Shown: positions 1 through 9,617, counted from the first letter of the stretch. The stretch is 64,000 nucleotides of DNA from an uncultured Spirochaetota bacterium (GCA_963845535.1 CAWJSK010000013.1:64001-128000); one strand, 5' to 3'. Notes: a model not told the origin generated them from the letters alone. Translations and numbers: made by a program.

Positions 1-1
1 C

Positions 2-214
2 CTGCTCAACACAGCTTCCTCTTCCCTTTCCTTCGAGGACGTTGCACTGATATTTAACCCCGACTCCCCGCGTTCTTTGACCATCTATCAGATCTACCCT
101 GCCGACATCAGGATGATACTGGGGGATCAAGGATATGTCATCAGCGATTTCCCAGACTTTGCTGGAATCAGCCTTGATCAAGAGATCTAATCTCCACTGA
201 AACTTGCCCTTCAT
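2..214 (-). CDS. SRPBCC (polyketide cyclase/START-like) family protein, 5' part; runs off the window edge
   Basis: Not in the ORF track; translated by hand from ATG 214: MKGKFQWRLDLLIKADSSKVWEIADDISLIPQYHPDVGRVDLIDG..., matching the SRPBCC N-terminal pattern (I-x-A-xxx-KVW...D...P-x-W/Y-H-P). AGGAGG RBS at 222-227 (minus strand). Confidence 0.75.
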   Translation of the reverse strand, partial: MKGKFQWRLDLLIKADSSKVWEIADDISLIPQYHPDVGRVDLIDGQRTRGVGVKYQCNVLEGKGRGSCVEQ

Positions 215-230
215 GGGTGTGCCTCCTCGT

Positions 231-273
231 GTGACCTTATGACCATAGTATAGATAAATAGTCATATAGTCAA
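231..273 (-). promoter_or_regulatory. sigma70-like promoter with inverted TGAC(C/T) operator repeats upstream of the SRPBCC gene
   Basis: Minus strand TTGACT (268-273) and TATACT (247-252), 15-bp spacer. TGACC at 232 and 240 is mirrored by GTCA at 261 and 269. Confidence 0.55.
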
Positions 274-316
274 GGGACACACGGTTGCATCAGGCCCTCA
301 TATCAACTGGATTCCC

Positions 317-850
317 CTATCCCCATTCATCAGGCAGAGCCTCGAGCGGCAGCGCCTGCACCAGCTCGGTGATCGGGTAAGGATTTGCGGCCCGGCAGAT
401 CAGTGCCGCCCGCTTGACTTTGCCAATTTCATGGGCCACCTGCTGGAGCACCGCGGAGTCTTTCGCATCCGGCAACTCGGTCCACTTGGCGTCCGCGAGG
501 TCGAAAACACCTCCCCAATGGAACAGCAAGTCCACCTCTTAACCCTCCCCGGGCAAGAAACTCCATGACGTCAGCGTTGGAGAATGCGGCCCGAGCTTCT
601 GCGAGCCCGTCAGGATGTACTGCCCGTTGGCCCCGCGGCGCTTGTCGGTGACTGCCTTGAGGTGGCGGAACAGGCCTGGGGCGTATTGCACTTCATCCAC
701 AATGAGGGGTGACTGATGGCGGGCCAGAAACGATGCAGGATCACGTTCCGCCTGCTCTGCCTCGCTCGGCAGGTCAAGTGACACGTATTCGTAGGAGCTG
801 AACGTTCGTCGCACAAGGCTCGTCCTGCTGCCCTGGCGCCCGTCAGTGAG
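317..850 (-). pseudogene. Remnant of an AAA_14 + DUF4143 ATP-binding protein (frameshifted Walker A, large internal deletion)
   Basis: Broken LTGAR...TSLVRRTF Walker A near 815-850. ORF 539-814 has YVSLD, LIVDEVQYAPGLF (Walker B) and YILTGSQ. ORF 317-535 carries the C-terminal EVDLL...DAKW PD-(D/E)xK-like part. The middle of the protein is absent. Confidence 0.75.
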
Positions 851-887
851 AACAGCCTCGTAAGAGAAGTCTTGACTGGTCCTTTCG

Positions 888-908
888 ATATGACCACATT
901 GGTCATAT
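888..908 (+). promoter_or_regulatory. Palindromic autoregulatory operator of the TA operon
   Basis: Perfect inverted repeat ATATGACCA-CAT-TGGTCATAT overlapping the antitoxin ATG (907). TTGACT at 872-877 upstream. Confidence 0.7.
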
Positions 909-1203
909 GAAGAGAGCCAGCGTCAGCGAAGCGAAAAGCCACTTCAGCAGTTATTTGAACGATGTAGAAAGGGGAGAAACGGTGTTGATCTATGATCGCA
1001 ACAGGTTGGTAGCCAGACTGGAGCCGGCTCGCCATGGGGATATACCTGATGCGGAGCGGGTCAAGGCGCTTGTCAAATCGGGAGTTGGCTCTGCGCCTCG
1101 CCATCCCCTGGGCACGGCTGCTTTTCTCAAGCGGCCCAAGCCACGGCTTCCGCAGGGGGTCTCGGGATCGGAGACGCTGGTCAATGACAGAGACTCAAGA
1201 TGA
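907..1203 (+). CDS. Phd/YefM family antitoxin
   Basis: MKRASVSEAKSHFSSYLNDVERGETVLIYDRNRLVARL is the Phd/YefM N-terminal signature. ATGA overlap with the PIN toxin gene. Confidence 0.9.
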   Translation: MKRASVSEAKSHFSSYLNDVERGETVLIYDRNRLVARLEPARHGDIPDAERVKALVKSGVGSAPRHPLGTAAFLKRPKPRLPQGVSGSETLVNDRDSR

Positions 1204-1619
1204 AGTACTGGGACTCCTCCGCTTTGATCTCCTTGTTGGTCGATGAGCCTGAGTCGGAAAGCAGAACATCTCTCCTCCGGGAAGACTCCCAGGTGATCAC
1301 GTGGTGGGGAAGCAGAGTGGAATGCGCTTCAGCGCTCAACAGGCTTCAGAGAGAACGGTCTCTGGATGAAGGAGGGCTCACACAGGCCTTGAGCAATCTG
1401 GAGGCATTCTACGAAACCTGCGTGGAGGTCCTGCCGTCGGAGGAAGTGCGGAAGCGGGCCATCCGCTTGCTCCGTGTGCACCCTCTCCGCGCCGCGGACG
1501 CCCTGCAACTGGCCGCTGCCCTCCTTGCCGCCCGTGAAGATCCTTCATCGCTTGCACTTGTCACCAGTGACGACAAGCTGAGGTCGGCCGGGAACAGGGA
1601 AGGGTTCGTGGTGCTCTGA
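1200..1619 (+). CDS. vapC: VapC-like PIN-domain toxin
   Basis: YWDSSAL...VECASAL...LRAADALQLAAA...TSDDKL: conserved PIN acidic residues. Confidence 0.9.
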   Translation: MKYWDSSALISLLVDEPESESRTSLLREDSQVITWWGSRVECASALNRLQRERSLDEGGLTQALSNLEAFYETCVEVLPSEEVRKRAIRLLRVHPLRAADALQLAAALLAAREDPSSLALVTSDDKLRSAGNREGFVVL

Positions 1620-1781
1620 GGGTCTTCCCGAGCGGGCCCGGACAGCCTCACGGTCCTTCGAGCGCTGAGAGGCAAGCTGGGGTGAGGTTCGTCATTGACG
1701 CATCCAGCCGGTCCTGGCCAAAGGGCTCACGGGCTATAACGCCTGTTATGCGGGGCTGGCTGCGGAGCTCTCCGCGCGCGA

Positions 1782-2678
1782 CTAGTCCTGCTTGAAGTAG
1801 GTCCCATTCTCAAGGTCGGCAATGAGCCGGACCTGGGTAGGACGCCACCCGAAGCGCTCTCTTGTGAAAGCGCTGGAAGCCAGCATGTCGGCCGCAACGA
1901 AGTGGGCCATCCAGCCGAAGTGCTCGACAGCCTCTTCGGGCGTCCTGGACACGACCGGCAGATTCAGCCGGCGACCAATCACTGTGGCAACATCGCGGAT
2001 CGGCACGCCTTCCTCCCCGGCCCCGTGAAGCCGGGTGCCAGCGGGGGCCTTCTCCAGCGCCAGCCGGAAAAGGCTGGCGGCATCCAATCTGTGAACGGCG
2101 GGCCAGCGGTTGGACCCATCCCCCACATATGCCGATGCTCCCTTGTTTCGGGCGATGCCGATCAGGATCGGCACCAGGCCGTGATCCCCGTCGCCGTGGA
2201 CTGAGGGCGCCAGCCGTACAACCGAGACGCGCACGCCGCGGGAAGCCCACGCGAGCGCCAACCCCTCATTCTGGGTCCGGGGATGCTGGCCATTCGGGTC
2301 TGCCGGATCCTCCTCCGTGCCTGGACGGCCAGGCGTGGAGAACGTCATCCCGCAGGCAACCACGAGCGGCCGGCCTGTTCCTGACAGAGCTGTGCCTATT
2401 GCCTCTATGGCATTGCGATCAGTGGCAGCGGCGGCAGGGATCTGAGAGAAGTCGTGGTTGTACGCAAGGTGGATGACTCCGTCGGCCCCTGCCGCTCCCT
2501 TTGCAAGGCTGTCCGGATTATCCAGGGAGCCGCGATGCACCTCCGCGCCTGCCCTGATGAGCCATGACGCCGCCCCATCAGAGCGCGCCAGGCCAAGGAC
2601 CTGATGACCAGCCTTGGTGAGCTCCGCAACTACAGCCGAGCCGATGAAACCCGTTGCTCCGGTAACAAAGACACGCAT
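1782..2678 (-). CDS. NAD-dependent epimerase/dehydratase (extended SDR) family oxidoreductase
   Basis: MRVFVTGATGFIGSAV Rossmann motif, VIHLA, NRWPAVHRLDAA. Confidence 0.9.
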   Translation of the reverse strand: MRVFVTGATGFIGSAVVAELTKAGHQVLGLARSDGAASWLIRAGAEVHRGSLDNPDSLAKGAAGADGVIHLAYNHDFSQIPAAAATDRNAIEAIGTALSGTGRPLVVACGMTFSTPGRPGTEEDPADPNGQHPRTQNEGLALAWASRGVRVSVVRLAPSVHGDGDHGLVPILIGIARNKGASAYVGDGSNRWPAVHRLDAASLFRLALEKAPAGTRLHGAGEEGVPIRDVATVIGRRLNLPVVSRTPEEAVEHFGWMAHFVAADMLASSAFTRERFGWRPTQVRLIADLENGTYFKQD

Positions 2679-2803
2679 GAAACCTCCCTAAGCCATAAGC
2701 TTCGATATCAAAGTATTTTTATGGCGTCGCCGGGAGAATCCATAGGAGTCCAGAGTTCTTGCCTGAAAGTCCACAAGAGGCGATCTTCTATCCGGGAGGT
2801 TTT

Positions 2804-3700
2804 GTGGAGGACTTGCGTTCAGATCTGGCCCGACTGGTCAGCCGTTATTGCCCACATGATGGCATGATGGAAGCCCCCCTGGCCGGCACGTTCTGCATGA
2901 GATTCTCCCGCCCAGCTCGGCGCGTGAGAGCCTATTGGGGCTCATCGCTGTGCATCGTTGCCCAGGGTTGCAAGGAAATCATCCTGGGCCGCGGCGTTTA
3001 TCGTTCCGAGGACGCTCACTACATCGCAACGCCGATTGACCTGCCGGTGATCAGCCGGGTGACATCGGCCTCACCCGAAAGACCGTTTCTCTGTCTGAAG
3101 ATTGCTCTGGACCCGCTGGTTCTGGGCGAAGTGGAAGCTCAGATAGAGAAGGACCTTCCCTCGGAGACGGAGGGATCCCTGCGCGGCATATTTGTCGGGG
3201 GCGCCAGTGAGAGAATGCTCGACGCTGCCATTCGCCTGGGGAAGCTCTTTCAGACTCCGGATGATGCCCGCGTGCTTGGACCCCTGATTGTCAAGGAAAT
3301 ACTCTATCATCTTCTGAGAGGAGCGGATGGACCGGCCATCCGGCAATTCATACGATCCGGAAGCACGATGCACAGGGTGTCTCAGGCAATCTACTCCTTG
3401 AGCGCGGGGCTCAGTGATTCCGTTGACGTCGGTGCACTGGCAAAGGCCGTGAATATGAGCCGTTCCGCGTTCTTCAAGCACTTCAAGGACGCCACCTCGA
3501 TGAGCCCCATCCAGTATCAGAAGCGTCTGCGCCTGCTGGAAGCCAGGCGCCTTATGGTCGATGAAGGCGAAACCGCAGAGGGCTCCGCCTACAGGGTAGG
3601 GTACAACAGTCCGTCTCAGTTCAGTCGGGAATACTCGCGCATGTTCGGTAACTCTCCATCGCGTGACGCACGGCATGCCAAGAAGGCCGTCGCATCATGA
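2804..3700 (+). CDS. AraC family regulator (AraC_N/YqhC-like), divergent from the SDR gene
   Basis: SLCIVAQGCK N-domain. C-terminal MSRSAFFKHFK...SPIQYQKRLRL...VGYNSPSQFSREYSRMFG. GTG start chosen after GGGAGG. Confidence 0.9.
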   Translation: MEDLRSDLARLVSRYCPHDGMMEAPLAGTFCMRFSRPARRVRAYWGSSLCIVAQGCKEIILGRGVYRSEDAHYIATPIDLPVISRVTSASPERPFLCLKIALDPLVLGEVEAQIEKDLPSETEGSLRGIFVGGASERMLDAAIRLGKLFQTPDDARVLGPLIVKEILYHLLRGADGPAIRQFIRSGSTMHRVSQAIYSLSAGLSDSVDVGALAKAVNMSRSAFFKHFKDATSMSPIQYQKRLRLLEARRLMVDEGETAEGSAYRVGYNSPSQFSREYSRMFGNSPSRDARHAKKAVAS

Positions 3701-3902
3701 CACATTCCTGAAAAGGCCAGCGACCTCGGAAGAATCCATATGATCGCGGGCCGTGTTGCTTGTTTCAGCGCCACGAGACATACTTTGCCTAAATATCGGG
3801 AAGCTAGCCATGAAGATCAGCCCGCACGTGGGCCAGCAGGGATGAAGGCAACAGGCCCCTCAAATGAAAAGAAGAAAGGATCGCTGAACCAGGTCGGCAA
3901 AC

Positions 3903-4955
3903 ATGAAAGAAGCCACCTCTCTTACGCAGGCGCAGCTCCCTGAGTTTCTCCTCAACGTCGCCGTGGTGCGGCCCGTATTCATCTGGGGCGCGCCGGGGAT
4001 CGGGAAGTCCGCGCTGGTGCAGCAGTTCGCGGATCGCCTTGGGCTGGATTGCGTCTCTCTCCTGGGCAGCCAGCTTGCGCCCGAGGACCTCATCGGAGTC
4101 CCGCAGATCATCGACGGCAAGAGCCGGTTCTGCCCGCCCCTCATGATTGCGCGGGAGAAGCCCTACTGCCTTTTCCTGGATGAGCTGAACGCGTGCACGC
4201 ACGAGGTGCAGAAGTCCTTCTACAGTCTGATCCATGACAGGCGGATCGGGGACTACAAGCTCCCTGATGGGTCAATCGTTGTTGGGGCGGGAAACCGCGC
4301 GCAGGATAGCGCCATCGTCCGTCCCATGTCCTCAGCGCTCCTGAACCGCATGGTGCACGTGCACCTGCGCGTCTCCCACCGGGACTGGCTGGCGTGGGCT
4401 GACATGAACGGCATCCACCAGTGGGTCACGGAATATGTCAGAAACAGGCCGGACCACCTGTGGAGCCCGCCGCCCAAAACGGAGGAGCCTTTCTCATCTC
4501 CACGGTCCTGGCACATGCTCAGTGACGCCATGAAAGAGTTTGGAAATGAGATCTCGGACGAGCAGCTTGAAGTGCTTGCGTTCGGCTGTCTCTCCGCTCC
4601 GCACGCCGGGCAGTTCAAGGCCTTCGTCAAGCAGCTCAGGAACCGCTACGCGCTGTCCGCCATTCTCAAAGGTGAGATGCGCTGGCCTGACAAGCCTGAG
4701 AACCGTGACGTCCTGTACTTCCTGGCGCAATCCTTCCGAGCCTACCTTTCACGGGAGCTTCCCGCCCGGCGGGAGACGTTGTCCACGCAGGCGGCGGAAA
4801 CCGCCCACACGGCCAAGGCGCTGCTTCGGCAGTTGGCGCAGATAAGCTTGGAGATCGCCCAGATGGTCCTTGCTTCCGACTCTCCGGAAGGCGCGCTCCC
4901 TGACTGGTTCATGGTGGAGATTGCGCGGGACCTTCCCCGCATCGTCCTCAAGTAG
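3903..4955 (+). CDS. MoxR-like AAA+ ATPase
   Basis: Walker A WGAPGIGKS, Walker B LFLDELN, GAGNR sensor, SALLNRM arginine finger. Confidence 0.88.
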   Translation: MKEATSLTQAQLPEFLLNVAVVRPVFIWGAPGIGKSALVQQFADRLGLDCVSLLGSQLAPEDLIGVPQIIDGKSRFCPPLMIAREKPYCLFLDELNACTHEVQKSFYSLIHDRRIGDYKLPDGSIVVGAGNRAQDSAIVRPMSSALLNRMVHVHLRVSHRDWLAWADMNGIHQWVTEYVRNRPDHLWSPPPKTEEPFSSPRSWHMLSDAMKEFGNEISDEQLEVLAFGCLSAPHAGQFKAFVKQLRNRYALSAILKGEMRWPDKPENRDVLYFLAQSFRAYLSRELPARRETLSTQAAETAHTAKALLRQLAQISLEIAQMVLASDSPEGALPDWFMVEIARDLPRIVLK

Positions 4956-4963
4956 GCAGACCA

Positions 4964-6784
4964 ATGGCTCGGCGGTCCGCCAAGAGCAGGAAGTCCGCTC
5001 CTGAGTCTGATCCAGCCAGGGCGGCATTCGATGAAGCTCTGAAGCAGCTTCATGACCGTGCGCTTTTCAACCCCATGCTGATGAAAGCGCACATTTCCCG
5101 CCAGGAAGGCAACCTGTGCCCCGAGGGCGGATGGGCTGTTGTCACAAACAACGGCGCCATTCACGTGCACCATTCCCGCAGAGCGGAGCCTGAGGAATGG
5201 CTTTTCGTGATCGCCCATTGTCTTCTGCACCTGGCGTTGGATCACTTCAAGGTGAAGGAAGACCCTTTCAGGTGGAACGCGGCGTGTGACGCCAGCATCT
5301 ATTCGCTCTTGTCATCCCTGAAGATCGGCAGGCCGCCCAGCGGCGCAGGCATGGACCTCGAAGCAGGGACAGGATCGGAAGACAAGCTGTACAGTCGATT
5401 CAAGTCTGAAGGTATCCCCGAAGAATGCCTGCTCCTTGGCACGGCCGGCAAGTCAACGCTCGACATGATCTTTGAGAAGCCCAGCCGCTGGGACCACGTG
5501 AAACCTGAGGAATGGCAGCGTCTCTTCAGTGAAGGGGTTGCGAGCGCCGCGGCACGCGCGGTCAGGAAAGCCTCTGGCGATGACAGCCCTGATGAGGATG
5601 ACTACCGCAAGAGTCACGCTCCGCGGAAGGCTCGGCAGTGGTTCATCGATCACTACCCGCTCCTTGGCGCGCTGGCTGCGCGCATGCGGCTCATAGAGGA
5701 CAAAATCCTCAGCGCGCGTTACGACATCCGGATTGCCGCGGTGAGCGCGGAGCTTCAGGAGATCTACATCAATCCCGTGATGGCCCTTGATGAGGAGGAA
5801 TGGCGATTCGTGCTGGCCCACGAGATGCTCCACGTCGGGCTGCGCCACCAGGCGCGCTGCCAGGGTCGGGACCCCTTCCTCTGGAACGTTGCCTGTGACT
5901 ACGTTGTCAACGGCTGGCTGCAGGAGATGCGGGTTGGCCGTATGCCGGCGGTGGGCGCGCTGTATGAACCAGAGTTCAAGGGGCTGTCCGCGGAGTCCAT
6001 CTATGACAGGGTCGTGAAAGACCTTCGGAGATTTCGCAAGCTCTCAACTCTGAGAGGCGCGGGTTTGGGCGATATTCTCCCCGGCAGCCGGCCCGAGTGG
6101 TGGGAGGTGGGGGAGGGGCTTTCTCTGGACGATTTCTACCGCCGTTGCCTCATCCAGGGGTTGGAGTACCACGCAGCCGGTGGCCGCGGGCTTCTTCCCG
6201 CAGGCTTGGTGGAGGAAGTGCGAGCCCTGGCCCAGCCTCCCGTGCCTTGGGACGTGGACATGGCCCGATGGTTTGATCCCCTTTTTCCTCCCGTTCCGAA
6301 ACTCAGGTCATACGCCAGGCTTTCAAGGCGCCAGTCTGCAACACCTGACATCCCGCGCCCCAGTTGGGTGGTCCCCAATTGGGCCAACGACGCGCGCACC
6401 TTCGGCGTGGTGCTGGACACCTCGGGCTCCATGGAGCGCGGGCTGCTTGCCCGGGCCTTGGGCGCAGTGGCTGGCACCTGCTTTTCGCGCGACATTCCCG
6501 TCGTGCGCGTTGTGTTTGCCGATGCGGCCGTGTACGACCAGGGCTACATGAAGCCTGAGGACCTCATGCAGGAAGTCCGTGTGGTTGGAAGAGGCGGCAC
6601 GGTGCTTCAGCCTGCCGTGCGGCTCCTTGAAGGAGCGCAGGACTTCCCGGAGGCCGGCCCAATCCTGATCATCACGGACGGCTACTGTGATGCACTTTCC
6701 GTTCGCAGGACGCACGCCTTCCTGGTGCCGCGCGGGAGGAGGCTGCCGTTTGCGCCGCAAGGGCCTGTCTTCTACATCGAGTAG
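4964..6784 (+). CDS. DUF2201-like protein: two metallopeptidase-like domains plus a C-terminal vWA domain
   Basis: FVIAHCLLH...WNAACD (degenerate copy) and FVLAHEMLH...LWNVACDYVVN (HExxH). vWA MIDAS DTSGSM, GRGGT, ITDG. Confidence 0.85.
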   Translation: MARRSAKSRKSAPESDPARAAFDEALKQLHDRALFNPMLMKAHISRQEGNLCPEGGWAVVTNNGAIHVHHSRRAEPEEWLFVIAHCLLHLALDHFKVKEDPFRWNAACDASIYSLLSSLKIGRPPSGAGMDLEAGTGSEDKLYSRFKSEGIPEECLLLGTAGKSTLDMIFEKPSRWDHVKPEEWQRLFSEGVASAAARAVRKASGDDSPDEDDYRKSHAPRKARQWFIDHYPLLGALAARMRLIEDKILSARYDIRIAAVSAELQEIYINPVMALDEEEWRFVLAHEMLHVGLRHQARCQGRDPFLWNVACDYVVNGWLQEMRVGRMPAVGALYEPEFKGLSAESIYDRVVKDLRRFRKLSTLRGAGLGDILPGSRPEWWEVGEGLSLDDFYRRCLIQGLEYHAAGGRGLLPAGLVEEVRALAQPPVPWDVDMARWFDPLFPPVPKLRSYARLSRRQSATPDIPRPSWVVPNWANDARTFGVVLDTSGSMERGLLARALGAVAGTCFSRDIPVVRVVFADAAVYDQGYMKPEDLMQEVRVVGRGGTVLQPAVRLLEGAQDFPEAGPILIITDGYCDALSVRRTHAFLVPRGRRLPFAPQGPVFYIE

Positions 6785-6831
6785 CCGAGCTGCAAGGTCG
6801 CTCATCGCCGTGGGAGAGAAGGCGCGCTTTA

Positions 6832-7773
6832 TCAAACCGCCAGGGGCTGAGGCGCATCTCCCCGCTTGCCCTCCAGCGCCTTGAGGAGGCGGTAGAGAGT
6901 CTGGTTTACAGGAACAGGGATCCCCGTCTCCTGGCCCAGTCGGATCATTGTTCCCGCAAAGGCATCCACCTCGGTCTTTCGCCCCGCCTCCACGTCCTGG
7001 AGCATGGAAGTTTTGCTTTCAGGCCCGAGTCCCTGGAGCGTCCTGTACCACGCTTTGATGTCGGAGTCGTTCAGGCCGGTCCCCTTTGCCTTTGAAACGG
7101 CCACGACTTCGGCCATGGCTGCCTCCATGACGGCCTGGGCCTCCGGGTTGGTCTGGAACATGCCGTACGTACCGCGCACGACGGCTGAAACCTGGTTGAT
7201 CCCCACGTTGATCATGAACTTGTACCAAAGGCTTCGAATCATGTCCGCAGGGACCACGTGAGCCAAGCCGGTGCGCTTGAAGAATGCCGATATGCGCGAC
7301 ACGCGCGGGCTCCAGGCACCCTCCGCGTTGCGCGCGTCACCGAAGTGGATTACCCCGCCGGAGGAAAAGCTCGTGGCGTTGCCTTCCCGCAGCGCGTCGA
7401 TGCCGAGAATCATGGCGTATGGCACTTTCTCCCGTCCGAAGGCGGCAGCCAGGGCATCCTCGCTCGTGATCCCATTGAGGAGGGAAAGGATAAGCGTCCT
7501 TGGGCCGACCTGGGCGCTCATATCCCGGACGGCTTGGTCCAATTGATAGGTTTTTACGCACACAATGACCAGGTCAGCCTTGCCGCCTTCCTGCGGTGTG
7601 ACCAGGGAGAAACTTTCCCGCACGCCGTTCAGGATGAAGCCTTCCTTGCGATACCTCTCCAGCCGCTCACCGGAGGCAAGGATGCGGACCGCAGCGGGGT
7701 CATGCTTTGCGATGACGCCGGCCACAGCGGCACCAACTGCTCCGGCGCCCACAATAAGTGCGCTCGTGATCAC
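6832..7773 (-). CDS. panE: Ketopantoate reductase (ApbA/PanE) family
   Basis: IVGAGAVG, VCVKTYQ, LLNG, WYKFMINVGIN, TSMLQDVEAGRKTEVD. GTG start overlaps the polX stop (GTGA). Confidence 0.85.
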   Translation of the reverse strand: MITSALIVGAGAVGAAVAGVIAKHDPAAVRILASGERLERYRKEGFILNGVRESFSLVTPQEGGKADLVIVCVKTYQLDQAVRDMSAQVGPRTLILSLLNGITSEDALAAAFGREKVPYAMILGIDALREGNATSFSSGGVIHFGDARNAEGAWSPRVSRISAFFKRTGLAHVVPADMIRSLWYKFMINVGINQVSAVVRGTYGMFQTNPEAQAVMEAAMAEVVAVSKAKGTGLNDSDIKAWYRTLQGLGPESKTSMLQDVEAGRKTEVDAFAGTMIRLGQETGIPVPVNQTLYRLLKALEGKRGDAPQPLAV

Positions 7774-9503
7774 TGAGGTTGCCCGCGTTTCCTCAGCCAA
7801 TCGAGCAGCCTGTCCGTTGGCCATGTATTGATAACATCCTCTGCCGCCAGCCACGCCCGGCGGGCCAGGGCAACGCCGAAGGGCAGCAGGTCGAGATCCG
7901 CCTCGGAATGGGCGTCGGTGTTGATGCTCAGCGGGATTCCCATTTCCTTTGCGCGTCGGGCGTAGATATCCTCCAGGTCCAGCCGGTAAGGACTTGCGTT
8001 GATCTCCAGGGCCACACCGGACTGAGCGGCGGCGGCCAACACGGCGTCCATATCCAGGTCAGCGCCGGGCCGATCCGGGATCAAGCGCCCCGTCGGGTGG
8101 CCAATGATGTCCACATGCGGATTACGGATGGCTCGTATCAGCCGCTGCGTGACTTTCTCCCGTTCCTGGCGAAGGGTCGAGTGCAGCGAGGCCATCACGA
8201 GGTCCAGAGTGGCCAGGAACTCGTCAGGATAATCGAGCGTGCCGTCCGCCTTGATCTCCACCTCCGTGGCGTGAAGGAGCAAAATGCTGTTGCCGAGCTG
8301 GCGCTGGACGGCTTGGATCTCCGCCTGCTGCTCGGCGTGACGCTCCATGCTCAAGCCGTTTGTCATCCCCAGGCCCACAGAGTGATCTGTGAAGGCGATG
8401 ACTTTGATCCCGCGCCGGGCGGCCGCCCGCGAAAGATCAAGCATCGACAACCTGCCGTCCGACCATGTCGAATGCGTGTGCAGGTCCGCCCTGATGTCCC
8501 GGACTTCGATCAGCTTCGGGAGCTTCCCTGCCCTGGCAGCCTGCACTTCACCCCGATCCTCCCGCAGCTCGGGCGGGATCCACGGGAGTCCAAGGGCTTC
8601 GTAGACTTCTCCTTCCGTTGCGCAGAGGATCTCCCCGGACCCGTTGGTCCTGGCCAAGGCGTGCTCGGAGAGCGACAGGCCTTTGTCGAGGGCAAGCTGC
8701 CGGAGCTGCACGTTGTGGTCCTTCGATCCGGTGGCGTACTGCAGGGCTGTCCCGAACCTCTCCGGCGGGTGCACCCAGACCTGGGCGCGCACCCCGTCCG
8801 CAAACTCGATGCTCGCCTTGGTCTCCCCTTTGCCGAGCACCCGGTCAACGCCCGGCAGCGTCGTGAAGGCCTCCATGACCGGCTCGGATTCCCGGGCGGC
8901 AACCAGGATGTCGAGGTCTCCAACAGTCGAGCGCATGCGGCGAAGGGACCCTGCGGGTTCAGCAGCCGTTACCCCTTTCACTTTCCGCAGCGCGGAGATG
9001 ATCTGCTGGGCCAGCGGCCACGCCCGGCCCAGGGGAACGCGTCCCGACCGGCGCGCCAGCGACTCGATCCCTTTGAGGATCTGCGCCTCGGACTTCTCCC
9101 CCAGACCCGTGAGCTTCCGCAGCTTGCCCTCCTGCGCGGCGGCGGTCAGCTCCGCCAGGGTCGTGATCCCCAGCTCCTTCCAGATCAGCGCCACCTTCTT
9201 GGGACCCAGCCCCGGCACCTGGAGCCACTCCGCCAGTCCCGCCGGCACCTCCTGCTCGATCTTCTGGAGGAACTGAAGGCTGCCGGTACGTATCAGCTCG
9301 TCGATCTTCTCTGCGATGGACTTGCCGACACCCGGAATCTCGAGCAGCTTTTCTTCTTTCCAGTACTGGTTGACGTCCCCAGCCAGGGCCGTCAGGCTTT
9401 CCGCCGCCCTGCGATAGGCCAGGGTCTTGTAAACCGTCTCACCCTTGATCTCCAGGAGGTTGGCTATCAGGGTGAATGTTTCGGCAAGCTCGCGGTTGGT
9501 CAT
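7770..9503 (-). CDS. polX: DNA polymerase X / PHP 3'-5' exonuclease (non-canonical polymerase site)
   Basis: HhH motifs IPGVG/VPGLGPKK, AGSLRR, GDLDIL, TGSKDHN. PHP motifs DLHTHSTWSDG, TDHS, GHPTGR, NTDAH. Confidence 0.93.
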   Translation of the reverse strand: MTNRELAETFTLIANLLEIKGETVYKTLAYRRAAESLTALAGDVNQYWKEEKLLEIPGVGKSIAEKIDELIRTGSLQFLQKIEQEVPAGLAEWLQVPGLGPKKVALIWKELGITTLAELTAAAQEGKLRKLTGLGEKSEAQILKGIESLARRSGRVPLGRAWPLAQQIISALRKVKGVTAAEPAGSLRRMRSTVGDLDILVAARESEPVMEAFTTLPGVDRVLGKGETKASIEFADGVRAQVWVHPPERFGTALQYATGSKDHNVQLRQLALDKGLSLSEHALARTNGSGEILCATEGEVYEALGLPWIPPELREDRGEVQAARAGKLPKLIEVRDIRADLHTHSTWSDGRLSMLDLSRAAARRGIKVIAFTDHSVGLGMTNGLSMERHAEQQAEIQAVQRQLGNSILLLHATEVEIKADGTLDYPDEFLATLDLVMASLHSTLRQEREKVTQRLIRAIRNPHVDIIGHPTGRLIPDRPGADLDMDAVLAAAAQSGVALEINASPYRLDLEDIYARRAKEMGIPLSINTDAHSEADLDLLPFGVALARRAWLAAEDVINTWPTDRLLDWLRKRGQPQ

Positions 9504-9617
9504 TGGCGCCTGTTCCCGGACATAAAGGAAACATAGTACAGCGGCCCGACTTCGCCAATGCTTGATACAGTTGAGGCAAGCGGCGCTCTCCTGTACAGTC
9601 GATTAAAAAGGCGGAAT

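Noticed and set aside
2..190. Open plus-strand frame ending at TAA 190
   Set aside because: It is the antisense shadow of the minus-strand SRPBCC gene, which has an RBS, a promoter and a family motif.
1733..1751. GCATAAC-AGGC-GTTATAG (minus strand), resembling integron attC core sites
   Set aside because: Only 4 bp separate the cores, there are no L boxes, no other copies between genes and no integrase in the window.
7779..9536. 585-aa plus-strand ORF, and similar long antisense ORFs (12777-13988, 15703-16866, 18580-19554, 24165-25250, 61582-62811)
   Set aside because: They mirror well-supported genes, have no recognisable motifs, and are expected from GC-rich codon bias.
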